A DNA stretch of 40,571 nt. Source: Octopus bimaculoides. Its lineage: Eukaryota. Each line of letters starts with the position of its first letter. Positions within the stretch are counted from its first letter, which is position 1. Shown one piece after another: positions 13,500 to 27,340 of the stretch. The DNA lies in NCBI RefSeq assembly GCF_001194135.2, contig NC_068982.1:103434494-103475064 (forward strand), written 5' to 3'. Made by a program: the position numbers and the translations under genes. The notes beneath the pieces are model-generated. The model saw only the letters and a program-made list of their open reading frames with translations. It did not search any database and was not told where the DNA came from.

Positions 13500-13650
13500 G
13501 AAGCACGGTGTACTAGACATGTCGAAGTGATCGCAGAGCAAGGTGAGATGAAGTGTTTTGTTCAAGAACACAACGCACTACCCAGTCAAGGAACTGAAAC
13601 CACGATCTCGTGATCGTGAGTGCTCCACCCTCACCACTAGGTCATGCACC
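13500..13650 (-). mobile_element. SINE 5' fragment (same head family)
   Basis: AAGTGTTTTGTTCAAGAACACAACGC...GATCGTGAGTGCTCCACCCTCACCACTAGG on +. Confidence 0.65.
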
Positions 13651-14984
13651 CCCATAACACACTAAATGTATACACAAAACAGGTTTATGAAGAGATTTTA
13701 TTTCAGATAATTTCGTAACATTATGTCTTCTAATAGTGTGTGTATACATTTAGTATGATACATAGATGGCGATTTTAATTTAATGCTGTTTCAATCGCGT
13801 GAATCGAGTCTTTCTAACATTTGTAATAAGTTTAAGCAGAAAGTGTTGCTGACAATCGATCGAAGTACATAATTGGTTTTTATATCAATCTAAGGTAGCG
13901 AATTGATAGAGTCACTAGAACGCTGGACAGAATACCTCTCGGTATTTGTTCCAGTTCTCAACAATCTGAGTTCAAGTCCAGCCGAGGTCAACTTTGCTTT
14001 TCTTCCTTTCGAGCTCAATAAAGAAGAGCCAATACAGAGTAATGGCTTGGCGGAACCTCAAGAAAGTGAGACAGATTTTACAGAATTTCTGACTGAGGTC
14101 CTAGGTAGACATCGATGCTGGAAGGATGAAAAGTAAAGATACACCTAATGTGATTTGAACCTAGGGACAGAATTAAATAACACAAAGCATTTATTTTCAC
14201 CAACTCTGCTATCCACCGCTCTCACTGCCCTCAAAATATTAAAACGAAGGGATTAAAAAAAAAAAAAGAAGCAAATACCTAGTTAGCAAAATGACATACT
14301 ACACATCCATTATTTATTATATTAATGTGTGGCGGACAAGAAAATTGTAAGATGTTTATGAGCGTCGATGTAGGTGTTGTAGAATGATTTTATGGTAAGT
14401 AATCCGATGAGAAATAAACATCAAAAAGAAAAAAATAAGAAGCGATTTATGTTACCCTGATAAGCCATACCCGACTATATGGATTATTTATACTTCTCGG
14501 TATAAAGAGAACAGACTGTCAAATAATTTATGGTCCCAGATAACACCACAGCAGACGATATTAAAATGAGTTTTTTACACTTGCTTCAAACGGAAACGGC
14601 TGCCTGCTAAATTTACAGGAAACTCACACGATGATGATTTCTAAAGATCGTGTCAATAAGTTGTCAGTCTCTCAACTTATTTGCTATGAGTTCATTCCTT
14701 GTCACAGGCAACGCGCTGTTCATTTAAGCAAGACATTTCACTTCACATTTTCTCAACGAAGGAATCATTAAGTAGAAGCTTGACCAGCTGGAAATAGCAA
14801 CCACATCTTCATCTTAAAAATGGAAGGGTACATTAGATAATGAAGTCTTAAATATACTGTCGGAAACACAGATGGGACAATCTTTGCTGGAATGCCTTGG
14901 ATCACTGCTCTGCTCGTCAGAACTGATTTACAGATAAATAATGATGGCGGTGACGATGACGACGGCGGCTTCTCCTGGCCTTAC

Positions 14985-15268
14985 TGGCTGCTACTGCTGC
15001 TGCTCCTAATACCTCCACGACTACTACAGCTAATACTACCAATGCTGCTGCTACTACTACTACTACTACTACTACTACTGCTACTGCTACTGCTGCTGCT
15101 GCTGTTATTGCTACTACTACTACTGCTACTGCTGCTGCTGCTGCTGTTATTGCTACTACTACTACTGCTACTGCTGCTGCTGCTGCTGCTGTTATTGCTA
15201 CTACTACTACTGCTACTGGTGCTGCTGTTATTGCTGCTACTACTGCTACTGCTGCTGCTGCTGCTGCT
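14985..15268. repeat. Compound (CTA/CTG)n microsatellite with higher-order units
   Basis: GTTATT markers at 15104, 15146, 15191 and 15227. Confidence 0.9.
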
Positions 15269-16855
15269 GTCGACCGACCGACCGATTGACTAATTATTAA
15301 TCCGTTGTCTATCCTATCCATCTCAGTGATTCTCAGTGAGGAGTGGATCCATCTCATCCCCTGAGAGAAGTGGACACCATTAAGGGGTCAGTGAGCAAAA
15401 TCATATTACAGGGACTCTGGAAATCTACTGTGTCTTGTTATAAAACCATTTGTTACTTCCTGTCCAGATAGATGCCATATTGTACCGACAGCAACAGTTT
15501 GCAATGAAAGTGGTCACGCGTACTTTGAACTAAACATGGAGTTTTTATCCTCTAACTATTTCAATAATTGGACTGCGGCCATGCTCGGGCACTGCTTTGA
15601 TACTCAGTATTCATTTCTCCGTTACAAGGGGTCAGTAAGAATGTACAACGATAACCACCACCACCATCGCCGCCGCCGCCGCATTTATACATATAAGAGA
15701 GACACTCTACGATAAAATAAATGTTTTTAATACAGTTTTTTCTTCCTATGAATTTGAGATCAAACAGATTTTTGGTTTTAATTAATTATTTTAATTATAT
15801 TAATAAACAGAGTATGCTATTTTAATTATTCCTATTCTAACTATATTAATAAACAATATCTGCTGTCGTAGTTATTCTCATTTTAACCATATTAATAAAC
15901 AATGTATTTTATAAAAATATATATGTTTATGTTTATTCTAAGCTTAATTACAAACGCTAGCGTTATCGCTCAAGGATAAAAGTTAGGGTGGGAGCAAGTA
16001 TTCAAGTGACCTAAGTGGGTGTTCTGAATAAAATATATAAATAAAATGGTTGAGTAACATTAATTTAACTTAATGAAAACCAAATGAATAAAAGAAAGGA
16101 ATAATTAAACAATACTTGATTAGGATCAAAGGTCTTCCAGCCGTGATCCTCCTGTTTTCCCAGGACAATGTATCTACAGCTACATCATACACACCTGCTG
16201 TGATGTGAGAGATATTTGACTACTATTTCTAGCTGATCGACCGACTCCCCCCGTAATGGATCCTTCGTTTCTTTCTCTGTTCAGGCTTAGATAGAAAAAG
16301 CGTAGAATCTCATTTCTCTTCCCCATAAATCTAAAGGCTGTATCTGAGTAAGAACTTAACAGAGTCAAGTCTGAGATTGGAATTCAATCTTTGAATGGTA
16401 AAATATTTCAGTTAACTTGGACCATTAATGTAAACGGGAAAGGCATGAACGTCACAATCACCTTTTTATCTTTTGTCTTTTAATTGTTTCAGTCACTGAG
16501 GCACTGCCTTGAAGAGTTTAGTCGAACAAATTGACTCCACAATTTAATTTTTTGTTTCTTTTTTAAAATCTGGTCGTTATTCTATCACTTCCCTCTACTG
16601 AAATGCTATGTTACGGAGACCTTGAACAAAACCAACACCAATTGACAAGTTGTGCGAAGGCAGGGACAAACACAAAGCCCCCACCTCTCTCTCTCTCTCG
16701 ATTTGTTCGACTAAAAACCTTCAAGGCGATGCTCCAGCATGGCTGGAGTCAAATGACTGAAACAAGTAGAAAATAAAAGGTAATGCTTTACCAAATTTAC
16801 GCGCGCATGCACGCAAACACACACGCATACACACGCAATATGTACATATGTTATA

Positions 16856-18587
16856 CAGCCTGGCGCACGAAAATGTAGCCCGAGTTCCGTTGCAAAATAC
16901 CAGCATTTCGTTTGCAAGTATCAGTGTGTTATTTCGACTGCTTGTAACTGTTGCATAAAGATGGTGCATTAATCGACTGTTTGCTACGTTATCCTCACCG
17001 CATCTTTACCTCCCTAGTTGATTGTAAGATTTCATTGAGTGAACGTCTCTAGCCTTTTCTGCAAGATGACGTACACAATAGCGACAAGAGCGGAGAATAT
17101 GGAAGCGTATGTGAAATTTTTGAAGTCAAGTTTCTGGGTAAAGGCTTCCTGGCAGAGAACTTTATAAATATTAGTTTAGAAGCGGCGCACTACGGGGCCA
17201 GTGCACAACGTCCCCAAACCAAGAGACTCTACAATTCGAACGCTAGAAGTTATTCAGGACATTCGCCAAAGGATTACTGGAAGTTCAAAGAAGTCAGCAC
17301 ATAAATTGGCGCAGCAGTCTCACATAAGCAGGAAGTCATACCAACGGGTATTAGAAAGTCTAAAGTTGAAGCTATATCATTTTACATGTGTGCAACAATT
17401 AAAAATGGATGACAAGGGCAAACGAGTAAATTACTGCACATGAATAGCATTGCTAATGGTGAACCATTCCAGTACATAATGAGTGATGAAGCATGGATTC
17501 ATTTCTCCGGCCACGTAAATTCACTAGAGAATCCTCACCTTGTGTATGAACGGTCACTAAAAAAAAGAAAAGAAAAAAAAATTCGGTGTTTGGTGTGTTG
17601 TTTCAGGGATACGCATCAATGGACCGATATTTTTTGACAGCACTGTCAACACGGAGGTCTTGATGGACATTTTGGACCGGTTTTATGCTCAACTCACTGA
17701 AGATGAAAGACAGGTGTAATTCTTCCAGCCGGATGGGGTGACTTACAACATTTCCCTGGTGTCCATGCAGCGAGTTCATGGGATCTTCGCTGAGGAATTT
17801 GTACCCACCACGTTCGTCTGATCTTTCAAAATATGTTTATTATCTCCGGGAACACGTGAAGAGCACAATGTACAAAAAAAAAAAAAAAANNNNNNNNNNN
17901 NNNNNNNNNNNNNNNNNNNNNNNNNNNNNNNNNNNNNNNNNNNNNNNNNNNNNNNNNNNNNNNNNNNNNNNNNNNNNNNNNNNNNNNNNNNNNNNNNNNN
18001 NNNNNNNNNNNNNNNNNNNNNACAACAAAAAGACCTAAACATGGTGGAGGCGCAATGGCCCAGTGGTCAGGGCAGCGGTCTCGCGGTCATAGGATCGCAG
18101 TTTCGATTCCCAGACCGGGCGTTGTGAGTGTTTATTGAGCGAAAACACCTAAAGTTCCACGAGGCTCCGGCATGGGATGGTGGCGAACCCTGCTGTACTC
18201 TTCCACCACAACTTTCTCTCACTCTTACTTCCTGTTTCTGTTGTGCCTGTAATTCAAAGGGCCAGCCTTGTCACACTGTGTCACGCTGAATATCCCCGAG
18301 AACTACGTTAAGGGTACACGTGTCTGTGGAGTGCTCAGCCACTTGCACGTTAATTTCACGAGCAGGTTGTTCCGTTGATCGGATCAACTGGAACCCTCGA
18401 CGTCGTAAGCGACGGAGTGCCAACAACAAAAAGACCTAAACATGGTCGACATGCACAGCTGTGTATTGATGCAGTTGGCAGCCATTTTCAAACTCTCTAA
18501 TGGTGAGTCCTTTCCAGTAGTTGTAAATTTATCTCTGTATTTACACTATACTGCGGAACCCGGGCTACTTTTTCGTGCGCCACCCTG
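16856..18587 (+). mobile_element. Decayed Tc1/mariner DNA transposon, probably rosa/DD41D-like
   Basis: 34-bp TIRs match at 30/34 (CAGCCTGGCGCACGAAAATGTAGCCCGAGTTCCG vs CAGGGTGGCGCACGAAAAAGTAGCCCGGGTTCCG), with TA on both sides. Frameshifted transposase motifs: SDEAWIHFSGHVN, GPIFFDSTVN, FQPDG, PPRSSDL, RHAQLCIDAVGSHFQTL*. Subfamily assigned from memory of motifs. Confidence 0.88.
18046..18422 (+). mobile_element. Full-length tRNA-derived SINE nested in the transposase
   Basis: tRNA-like head GGAGGCGCAATGGCCCAGTGGTCAGG...GTTTCGATTCCC. Flanked by a perfect 24-nt direct repeat ACAACAAAAAGACCTAAACATGGT (18022-18045, 18423-18446), part of which may be the CAA tail. Confidence 0.88.
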
Positions 18588-20046
18588 TATTTTGCTAAAA
18601 AAACAATCAAACGGCAACACACATCAAAGATGGGATAAAACAATATCGATGTGGATACAATCAATTGAATCTACCACGGGTACATAACTGACATTTATAT
18701 ATTTTTCGAAGTCAGACGGTTAAAAACTGAAGTCATTCCCAGTGAGGTCTGATCCCATAACGTAAAGAAATACAAGTAAATACTGCATGAAATTTGATTA
18801 GACATATATGGTTCTATGACTCCACTGTGCGATGCAAAATTATAAAAACGCGAGATACATTACTTAAAAAACTTCAAGGTAACGTGAACCCCTACGCGGC
18901 TAATGTCTATTAGCTATTTAACAGAATCATCTGCTATGCAGTTTCCATGACCAGTTGGAACTATTTCTCTTTACTCACATCGCTAAAATCATTAAGAAAG
19001 ACATTGTAGATATCATCTTTCTTCAGAACCTCATTCAAACACCGTAATATTAGAGTAATGAGAAGAAATAATGTTTTGGAAGTGTAACAAGAGTGGTACA
19101 ATACTGAGGAACAACAGAAGAGATTTACTAAAACAGTAGAGTGTTATATAGTATATAGTTTTGTCTCTCTAGATTTTGTGTTCAAACCTCGACGTTGTTA
19201 ACTCTTTATGCCCACCGTAGATCCAGGAACCAATAAAATAAGTGAAAGGTGACATATTGAAATTGCTGCAACCTCATTTACTTCTCTCAAACAGCAACTG
19301 GTCTATATCAGATCGATATGAGTGTTAGATTACTGAATAAAGCGATGAAAAGGATTGACAATGTTGAGCGCCGGAGTTCATGTCTTAGATTAGTTAACAT
19401 CTATCTCATGGAAGCTCATAATATTGAGTTTCAAACCCTAGAAGGGTAATTTTACTTTTCATCCATTTTGAACCTATAAAAGAAGTTATCAGATTTACTC
19501 AATTATACCCTTCTCCTTACAGATTCGATAGGCAAATTTCAAATAAACGTTTATGGTGAACACCACAGAGAAAGCAGTGAGTCCTTTGCAAGTCGAGGCT
19601 AAGGCCCAGTTTCTATTCTAGGTTGATGTAAATAACTTAATACGCCAGTTTGTTAAGATAAGGATGAAAACGATAGTATGCCATAAGATATAAATACCTA
19701 TAATACATTACTAAAAACTGTCTTGTAATCCATTCTACTAATGGACTGTATGACACTAGACTCAGTTATTAACACAAATTTAAAGATATTTGGTGAGGAA
19801 CTTAATTTAAAATTGGATCGATTGATTCTACTCGGTATATGCCGGTCCTTATTCTATTGGCCATGGAAGTATGGAATAGCGGGATTTGAAATCACAATGT
19901 ACGAGAACAATTTAATGCGGCACCGAATTTGGTCCAAAATATACCGTTGATGCCATGCACCGTCCTAATCAGTTGTAAGGTATTAATTATATAAGAGCAA
20001 TCAAATTTAAGAATTTCTTTCGTATATCATCTGCCGGCGATTCAGA

Positions 20047-20117
<71 letters not shown>

Positions 20118-20673
20118 GGAGGTAGTTGGGTGGGGTGGTTGATGGCTGGAGTGGTGAGATGGTCGAGTGTTCATGGTATCCCCTTTCGAAATGTTGTTAT
20201 TTCCTCTTGCGTAGGTTACAGAGAGTCTGTCATACACAGGAAGCAACACATTCGAGATAAAGATCTCCAGGAGGCATGTCTCTCTGTGTCTGGTATTAGT
20301 AATGTGTGTGTGTGTGTGTGTGTATATATAAATGTGTGCGCGTGTGTGCATGCGTGCATGTGCGTGTGTATACACATATGTGTTTGAGAGTGTGTGTCTC
20401 TCTACATATATGTGTGTGTGTGTGTATTATATATACATACGCGTGTGTGCACGTGCATGCTTGCAAGCGAGTTCACGCCATTGCTCTAGTTTCACATAGA
20501 TGTATGCATAGTGTATATGTATGTATATTAAAAATTTAACTATGAATATATGTGTATATATGATTGTGTATGAGTGTTTACCTTGATAAGAGGTGTCGAG
20601 GTAAGAGTTGTAGCGGTAGTATTTACTTACATTTCTCTGTTTAATCAATTACTACGTCGAAAACCACACGTTC

Positions 20674-20733
<60 letters not shown>

Positions 20734-20737
20734 AATG

Positions 20738-20768
<31 letters not shown>

Positions 20769-20848
20769 ATATAACGTTTACACCCACACGTATCCATCTG
20801 ATTTGTCATTTAACAGTGTAATCTAGTGGTTCCTCATTAACATTTTTC

Positions 20849-20918
<70 letters not shown>

Positions 20919-21112
20919 TGTGTGTGTGTAGGTGCATGTGTAAATACATATTCATCTGTACATGCTTGTATACTTACATACATGGATACACAACCATACA
21001 TATATGTTATACATATACCCAAACGATTTCATCCACATACATATAGTTACACGCACACATATACACACGTCTACGCACATCCACACACATGTCCACAAAC
21101 AGACACATACGT

Positions 21113-21151
<39 letters not shown>

Positions 21152-21614
21152 AATATATGAAACAGGAAACTCGGAGTAGCAATGGCGTGAAGTCTTATGC
21201 TCGAAAAAAATGAATGTATTTCACTACTAATCAGTACTTCTCCTCTCTCCTTTGTACAACTAAACAAATACACATATCTCCTATAAGCAAATATATATAA
21301 ATCCTATACTTGTACGAGCGGGTTTTGACCATGTTCAGGCGACGGTGTTAATTTTTTAAAACAGAAGGAAAGATTCACACTGTGTTGTGCATAAAATTTA
21401 TATTGTTTAACTAACACCGAACCATCAGAAACATAAATATAAACATAATAAGCTAGCCACAACGGTGCTAGCCTAATTTACGTTTGTTTTATAACTTGTT
21501 GAATATTCTATGCTGTTCATTAGGAAGGAAACTGAATATGTTTTATCTTAAGAGCGGTCAGTAAACCAAGAAATGGTCTGTCAGGAGACTCCACTGTATT
21601 TTTACAAATATCCT

Positions 21615-21906
21615 AGCTGATCCGATCAACGGAACAGCTTGCTCGTGAAATTAACGTGCAAGTGACTGAGCAATCCACAGACACGTGTACCCCTAACGTA
21701 GTTCTCAGGGAGATTCAGCGTGACACATAGTGTGACAAGGCCGGCCCTTTGAAATACAGGTACTACTCATTTTTGCCAGCTGAGTGGACTGAAGCAACCT
21801 GAAATAAAGTGTCTTGCTCAAGGACACAACGCGTCGCCAGGAATTGAACTCACGACCTTACAATCACGAGCCGAATAGCCTAACCACTAAGCCACGCGCC
21901 TTCACA
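21615..21906 (-). mobile_element. tRNA-derived SINE, same family as 8752-9062
   Basis: Colinear with 8752-9062, including the head and central domain. Confidence 0.85.
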
Positions 21907-22610
21907 TCAAAAGCAAAGAAATGAGTTTATATTCTTTTCCACGGTTAAGGTTTGTAATATTCAAATATATTTCACTTCTGATTCATGATGTGTTGTACAT
22001 AAAATATATGTGCGTATGCACGTATACATATGTGTGAATAAGTGTATGTGTATGTGTATGTGTGTATGTATATGTATATGTGTACGTGCGCACATGCTTC
22101 ACGAGTAAGTGGAAAGCTAGAGAAAAATTCTGGGAAAAAGAGAGATATCAACTTAAATGTTGTATATAAGTTGTAAACATCATACGACATTACAACTCAG
22201 TCATAGACAGACACGCAAGAGAAAACACAAGCAGACACACGTACTTGTGCAAACATACAAACATATTTCATACACGATGCATTCGTCATGTATGCGCGCG
22301 TGTATGTGTGTGTATGCGTGTATGCGTTAGTATACAAAATGTCAACTATTCGTTTCGTTTAATTATATCCTTTCATTAAAATATAATTGAATATTGAAGA
22401 GCGATATCCATACTGCATATATATATATATATACACACATATACTTGATATTTGCATACATACATACATGCGTATATACACACGCATATAGATGTATGTA
22501 AGTATATTAAATAAAGGCTATTTTTCTTGAAAATAATTTCCGTACTGATATGGATATATATAACAAACAACATTCTTGACATTTTTCATCTAACGATATT
22601 TGGAAACAAG

Positions 22611-22648
<38 letters not shown>

Positions 22649-22666
22649 GCGCGCGCACATGCACGC

Positions 22667-22709
<43 letters not shown>

Positions 22710-22895
22710 GAACCTTTTAATCACGTGTTATTGATTTCCATTTTCTCATCAGAAATATCCAAATATAAACATAAATATTCCTTCGTTTCGTATATGAAAT
22801 CTTTTTTTTTTCTTTGCTTGCTCTTTTCAAATAACGTGATAAAATAGGATAAAATACAAACAACTGAATATTTGTATAAAGAAATTGATACACAC

Positions 22896-23066
22896 ATGAG
22901 GTAAGAATGGAGAATCTCGAGTTATTCTTCGATATTTGTTTTCCGTTCCGGTACCAATGAACAGTCGGTGTTGGTATACCCGTCGCTTGACATGTTAGCA
23001 GAAATATAAGACCACTGTATACGTGCATTTTTTCTGGCGGACGAACAATAATTTTGGGAACTCGAG
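22896..23066 (-). CDS. Exon: N-half of Ig (I-set-like) domain (ARVPKII...LLTCQATGIPTPTVHWYRNGKQ...RFSILTS)
   Basis: Acceptor ccatcttcag|CT and donor TCAT|gtgtgt. 171 nt, phase 1 to 1. Ig B-strand Cys and C-strand Trp are present. Confidence 0.9.
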
Positions 23067-23437
23067 CTGAAGATGGAAAAACAAAAACAAAATAAAAGAA
23101 AACAATAAATGAATGAAAATAAATAAATAAATCCGACTCCACATCAATAGAAAAATAAGTAGAAAATGGCGAGTCAATGAAATAGCAATGAAATCTCCCT
23201 CAAATCACATATTTCTATCTAAGAAAAGGACACATTTGATAATGTAATTCGGGGTCCACTATTTTTGGGGAAAAAAATATGGGGTCATTTCAGTCGACTA
23301 AAAATTCTTCAAAGCGGTGCCCTAGCATGACCGCTGTCCAATGACTGAAACAAGTAAAAGATGAAAGAATAAAGATGGTGACTGCTGGAAAGACTTTGAT
23401 AATAGTTATAATGTCCAATCAGAGGCGAATGACGGAC

Positions 23438-23469
<32 letters not shown>

Positions 23470-24089
23470 CCAACAACAGAAACAACAACAACAATAACAA
23501 CAACAACAACAACAACAACAGCAGCAGCGACGACGACGACGATGACGATGACGATAACAACAACAACAACAACAACAGNNNNNNNNNNNNNNNNNNNNNN
23601 NNNNNNNNNNNNNNNNNNNNNNNNNNNNNNNNNNNNNNNNNNNNNNNNNNNNNNNNNNNNNNNNNNNNNNNNNNNNNNNNNNNNNNNNNNNNNNNNNNNN
23701 NNNNNNNNNNNNNNNNNNNNNNNNNNNNNNNNNNNNNNNNNNNNNNNNNNNNNNNNNNNNNNNNNNNNNNNNNNNNNNNNNNNNNNNNNNNNNNNNNNNN
23801 NNNNNNNNNNNNNNNNNNNNNNNNNNNNNNNNNNNNNNNNNNNNNNNNNNNNNNNNNNNNNNNNNNNNNNNNNNNNNNNNNNNNNNNNNNNNNNNNNNNN
23901 NNNNNNNNNNNNNNNNNNNNNNNNNNNNNNNNNNNNNNNNNNNNNNNNNNNNNNNNNNNNNNNNNNNNNNNNNNNNNNNNNNNNNNNNNNNNNNNNNNNN
24001 NNNNNNNNNNNNNNNNNNNNNNNNNNNNNNNNNNNNNNNNNNNNNNNNNNNNNNNNNNNNNNNNNNNNNNNNNNNNNNNNNNNNNNNNN

Positions 24090-24129
<40 letters not shown>

Positions 24130-25662
24130 GTGTGTATGTATATATATCCACACACACACATACACACACGGACGCACGCGCGCATGCGTTCATATAATTC
24201 GATGCAGTTCCTATTTGTCAGAATCTACTTGACGAAATTTAACAGAATTTTATCAGCAGCAAAAATTGCATACCATCACTTCTTGGAGCTCAAGTTGATA
24301 AAGAATTAAATAGTATCAACATGTTGAAAAAAAAGCCATGGAAATTGTTTACACCCAAAGAATATAAAACACATTTGATAAACGTTAATTTAAACAATAA
24401 CAATTGATGCACGACATCTGTCTATATTAGTTTAAGTGTTGAAAGAGAATGTACATACGGGCGTAAAGTCCCAGTCATTAGTATATTAATTAAATTGAAG
24501 ATATACTCAACGATGTTCGACGCAGGACTAAACACACTTCATTTATGAATAGTTAAGAGTCAAAGATATACAGATTTATAAAGTGTTTCATGTATGATAT
24601 AATCAAATATTTACCTCAGAAGGAGAAGATAATTTATTAATGAAATTAGATGTCCCATTAAATATAAATATGAGGAGTTTATTTTTATGACGTTTATAAA
24701 ATATAATACAATATGCTTCAACACACTCTTTAGACGAAATAAATCGATTTTATTATAGTGAGTGTGCATCTGATTGCAGATGATAAACTGTTTGCCCCTT
24801 AGCCTTAGTTTTCGTTGTACTGAGTCGGCTATATTGTATTTCAAGTTATTCGCTTCAAAGATTTATCTGCTGTTATTAAGAAATGAAGGAAAAAAAAGAA
24901 CAACTTCCCCTCGTTCTTTAGTTTATGGCTATGGTCATAGAGCGCAAAATAGCAATAGATATAAAAGTCTGTAGAACAGACTTCAAATGACCAATGTCAT
25001 GTGTTGCTTTCAGTACAACCATAAATTGTAAACTTCACGAATGTAAATATTAGATAGGTCAAAACAGAGTTACATTTTCCGGTAGAGTAAAAATGCATTT
25101 GCATTAACGTAACTTTGAAGTGTATTATTTAACAGAATGTAATGCAATGATCATTAAGAAAACGAGAACAATGTACAACAATTGTGTATAAGCTCCCCCC
25201 CCCAAAAAAAAAGACAACACTAAGTCAATATTTATGACTTCAATCCATAACTTAGTAACTATTCCTACATAGTACACTCATTATACATTTTCCGTTGATA
25301 TTGCTTAATCAAATAATACAATAGAAAACAGTTACAAAGATTAGAAGCAACTTAAAACAAAGAACAAAGAACATTGTAATACGCACACATCTATCAACAC
25401 TAAGATTTAGTGGAACGTTGATAAAATAATTCCAACAAGGGTACGTACAAACAAGCATTAAGAAAACAGAAGAAAATAAAATGAATAATAAAACTAAACA
25501 ATTTTGTAAACTGGAACGACTGTGGAACTGCGTTTCCTACAAGAAAAATGGGAACACACACACACGTATGTGTGTGTATGCATGCGTGCGTGTATGTATG
25601 TATGTATGTATGTATGTATGTATGTATGTATGTATGTATGTATGTATGTATGTATCTATCTA

Positions 25663-25773
25663 TACATACATACATACATACATACATACAAACATGATGG
25701 CCGTCCAATGGTCTTCCTCAGTCACGAGTGGACGGCCATCATGTATGTATGTATGTATGTATGTATGTATGTA
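25663..25773. repeat. Inverted repeat embedded in TATG/TACA microsatellite
   Basis: Perfect 16-bp arms ACATGATGGCCGTCCA (25692-25707, 25729-25744) around a 21-nt spacer, extended by (TACA)n/(TGTA)n. Confidence 0.8.
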
Positions 25774-25807
25774 TGTATGTATGTATGTATGTATGTATGT
25801 ATGTATG

Positions 25808-25849
<42 letters not shown>

Positions 25850-26426
25850 AACCATGATAGTTTGTTATAGTTTCAGATCTACGTATATGCTGAGTAGTTT
25901 TTTTTTATAAACACCATTATTTTTACCTCATATTTCATTTGATCCCTTCTCTGTTACACCCTTACCCTTCCAGTTTTACCCTGTCTCCTGAACTTCATAA
26001 ATCCCACAAGTTGAAATTTACAAAAGAAACTATAGCCGAACAGCTGTGTTAACCATTCGAAGCTCTGTCTCTATTCACGTCACTCGAGCTCATTGCTTAA
26101 GGAATATTTCAGTGACAGCCATGACATAGTGTTGTGTAATATGATCTGTTAGAGGAGGGAACTGAGATAACTGCCCACACTTTTCCTGATTTATTTATTA
26201 CTATTGTTATTGTCACGCACTCCAACCCCGACTTCCATAAATAGTCACATGGAAATAAAACGATTGCTTTCTTTTATTCTCTTCTGCAGTTTTTGCTTGT
26301 TTGTTTTTTTTTTATCTGAAGTTCTGTTATGTTTTTTACACAAGGAATTTTCAAATGAAGATCTTTCTCTATTTCTCTGTTTTTCTTTCCATCGTATCCA
26401 TTTTTTCAACTTACTTTCGCACCCAC

Positions 26427-26473
<47 letters not shown>

Positions 26474-26880
26474 NNNNNNNNNNNNNNNNNNNNNNNNNNN
26501 NNNNNNNNNNNNNNNNNNNNNNNNNNNNNNNNNNNNNNNNNNNNNNNNNNNNNNNNNNNNNNNNNNNNNNNNNNNNNNNNNNNNNNNNNNNNNNNNNNNN
26601 NNNNNNNNNNNNNNNNNNNNNNNNNNNNNNNNNNNNNNNNNNNNNNNNNNNNNNNNNNNNNNNNNNNNNNNNNNNNNNNNNNNNNNNNNNNNNNNNNNNN
26701 NNNNNNNNNNNNNNNNNNNNNNNNNNNNNNNNNNNNNNNNNNNNNNNNNNNNNNNNNNNNNNNNNNNNNATTTTTCTATTTTTTGTACACGAAACCAATG
26801 GTAGCCTTAATACACAAATAAAAGAATTCTATCCACCAATGCCGTGTTGAGCACTCATTTTCATCGTTCGACATTTACAT

Positions 26881-26922
<42 letters not shown>

Positions 26923-27171
26923 CAATATTACAGTCCCATTTCAACCGGTTTCACACAAGAGTTTAGGAAAACCAATCTCGATACAAAATAAGGTGAAGTA
27001 TGACTATAACATTCTTTTGTATAAATAATTAATATACCTAGTGTGTTGATAGATATACAAGTGTCTATTTTGAGGTGGTGTGGTTTGCGGATTTTTAGGC
27101 AACTACATATATACTAGCTTCTAAGAAATAATGTAGATTGAGGTAATGAATATATGAAGCACTTGGCTTAC

Positions 27172-27340
27172 CCGGGAGTCGGCAGCACAGCACACCCGAT
27201 GCTATGCCTAGTTTAAAATGACACGCATGTTTGAAGTGTGAATCCACGCAGCAACTGGCATCTATTCGCCCACCAGAGATACAAGATGTCAAACCTTGGT
27301 TTTGGTGGGGACAGTCTTTTCCAACGCCAGCGAGGTCATC
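27172..27340 (-). CDS. First visible exon: C-terminal half of Cys-rich module copy 1 (DDLAGVGKDCPHQNQGLTSCISGGRIDASCCVDSHFKHACHFKLGIASGVLCCRLP)
   Basis: Acceptor tttgatag|GAT and donor CCGG|gtaagc. 169 nt, phase 0 to 1. Aligns by eye to exon 5543-5715 (xAGxGxxC...SC...GRID...C......GVLCC). Confidence 0.9.

Noticed and set aside
14892-15357. Poly-Leu and poly-Ala/Val ORFs resembling signal or TM segments
   Set aside because: They are translations of a triplet microsatellite.
18046-18120. tRNA gene
   Set aside because: It is the tRNA-derived head of a SINE with a body, tail and TSD.
23309-26821. Long ORFs of 112-294 aa
   Set aside because: They run through N-gaps and simple repeats.
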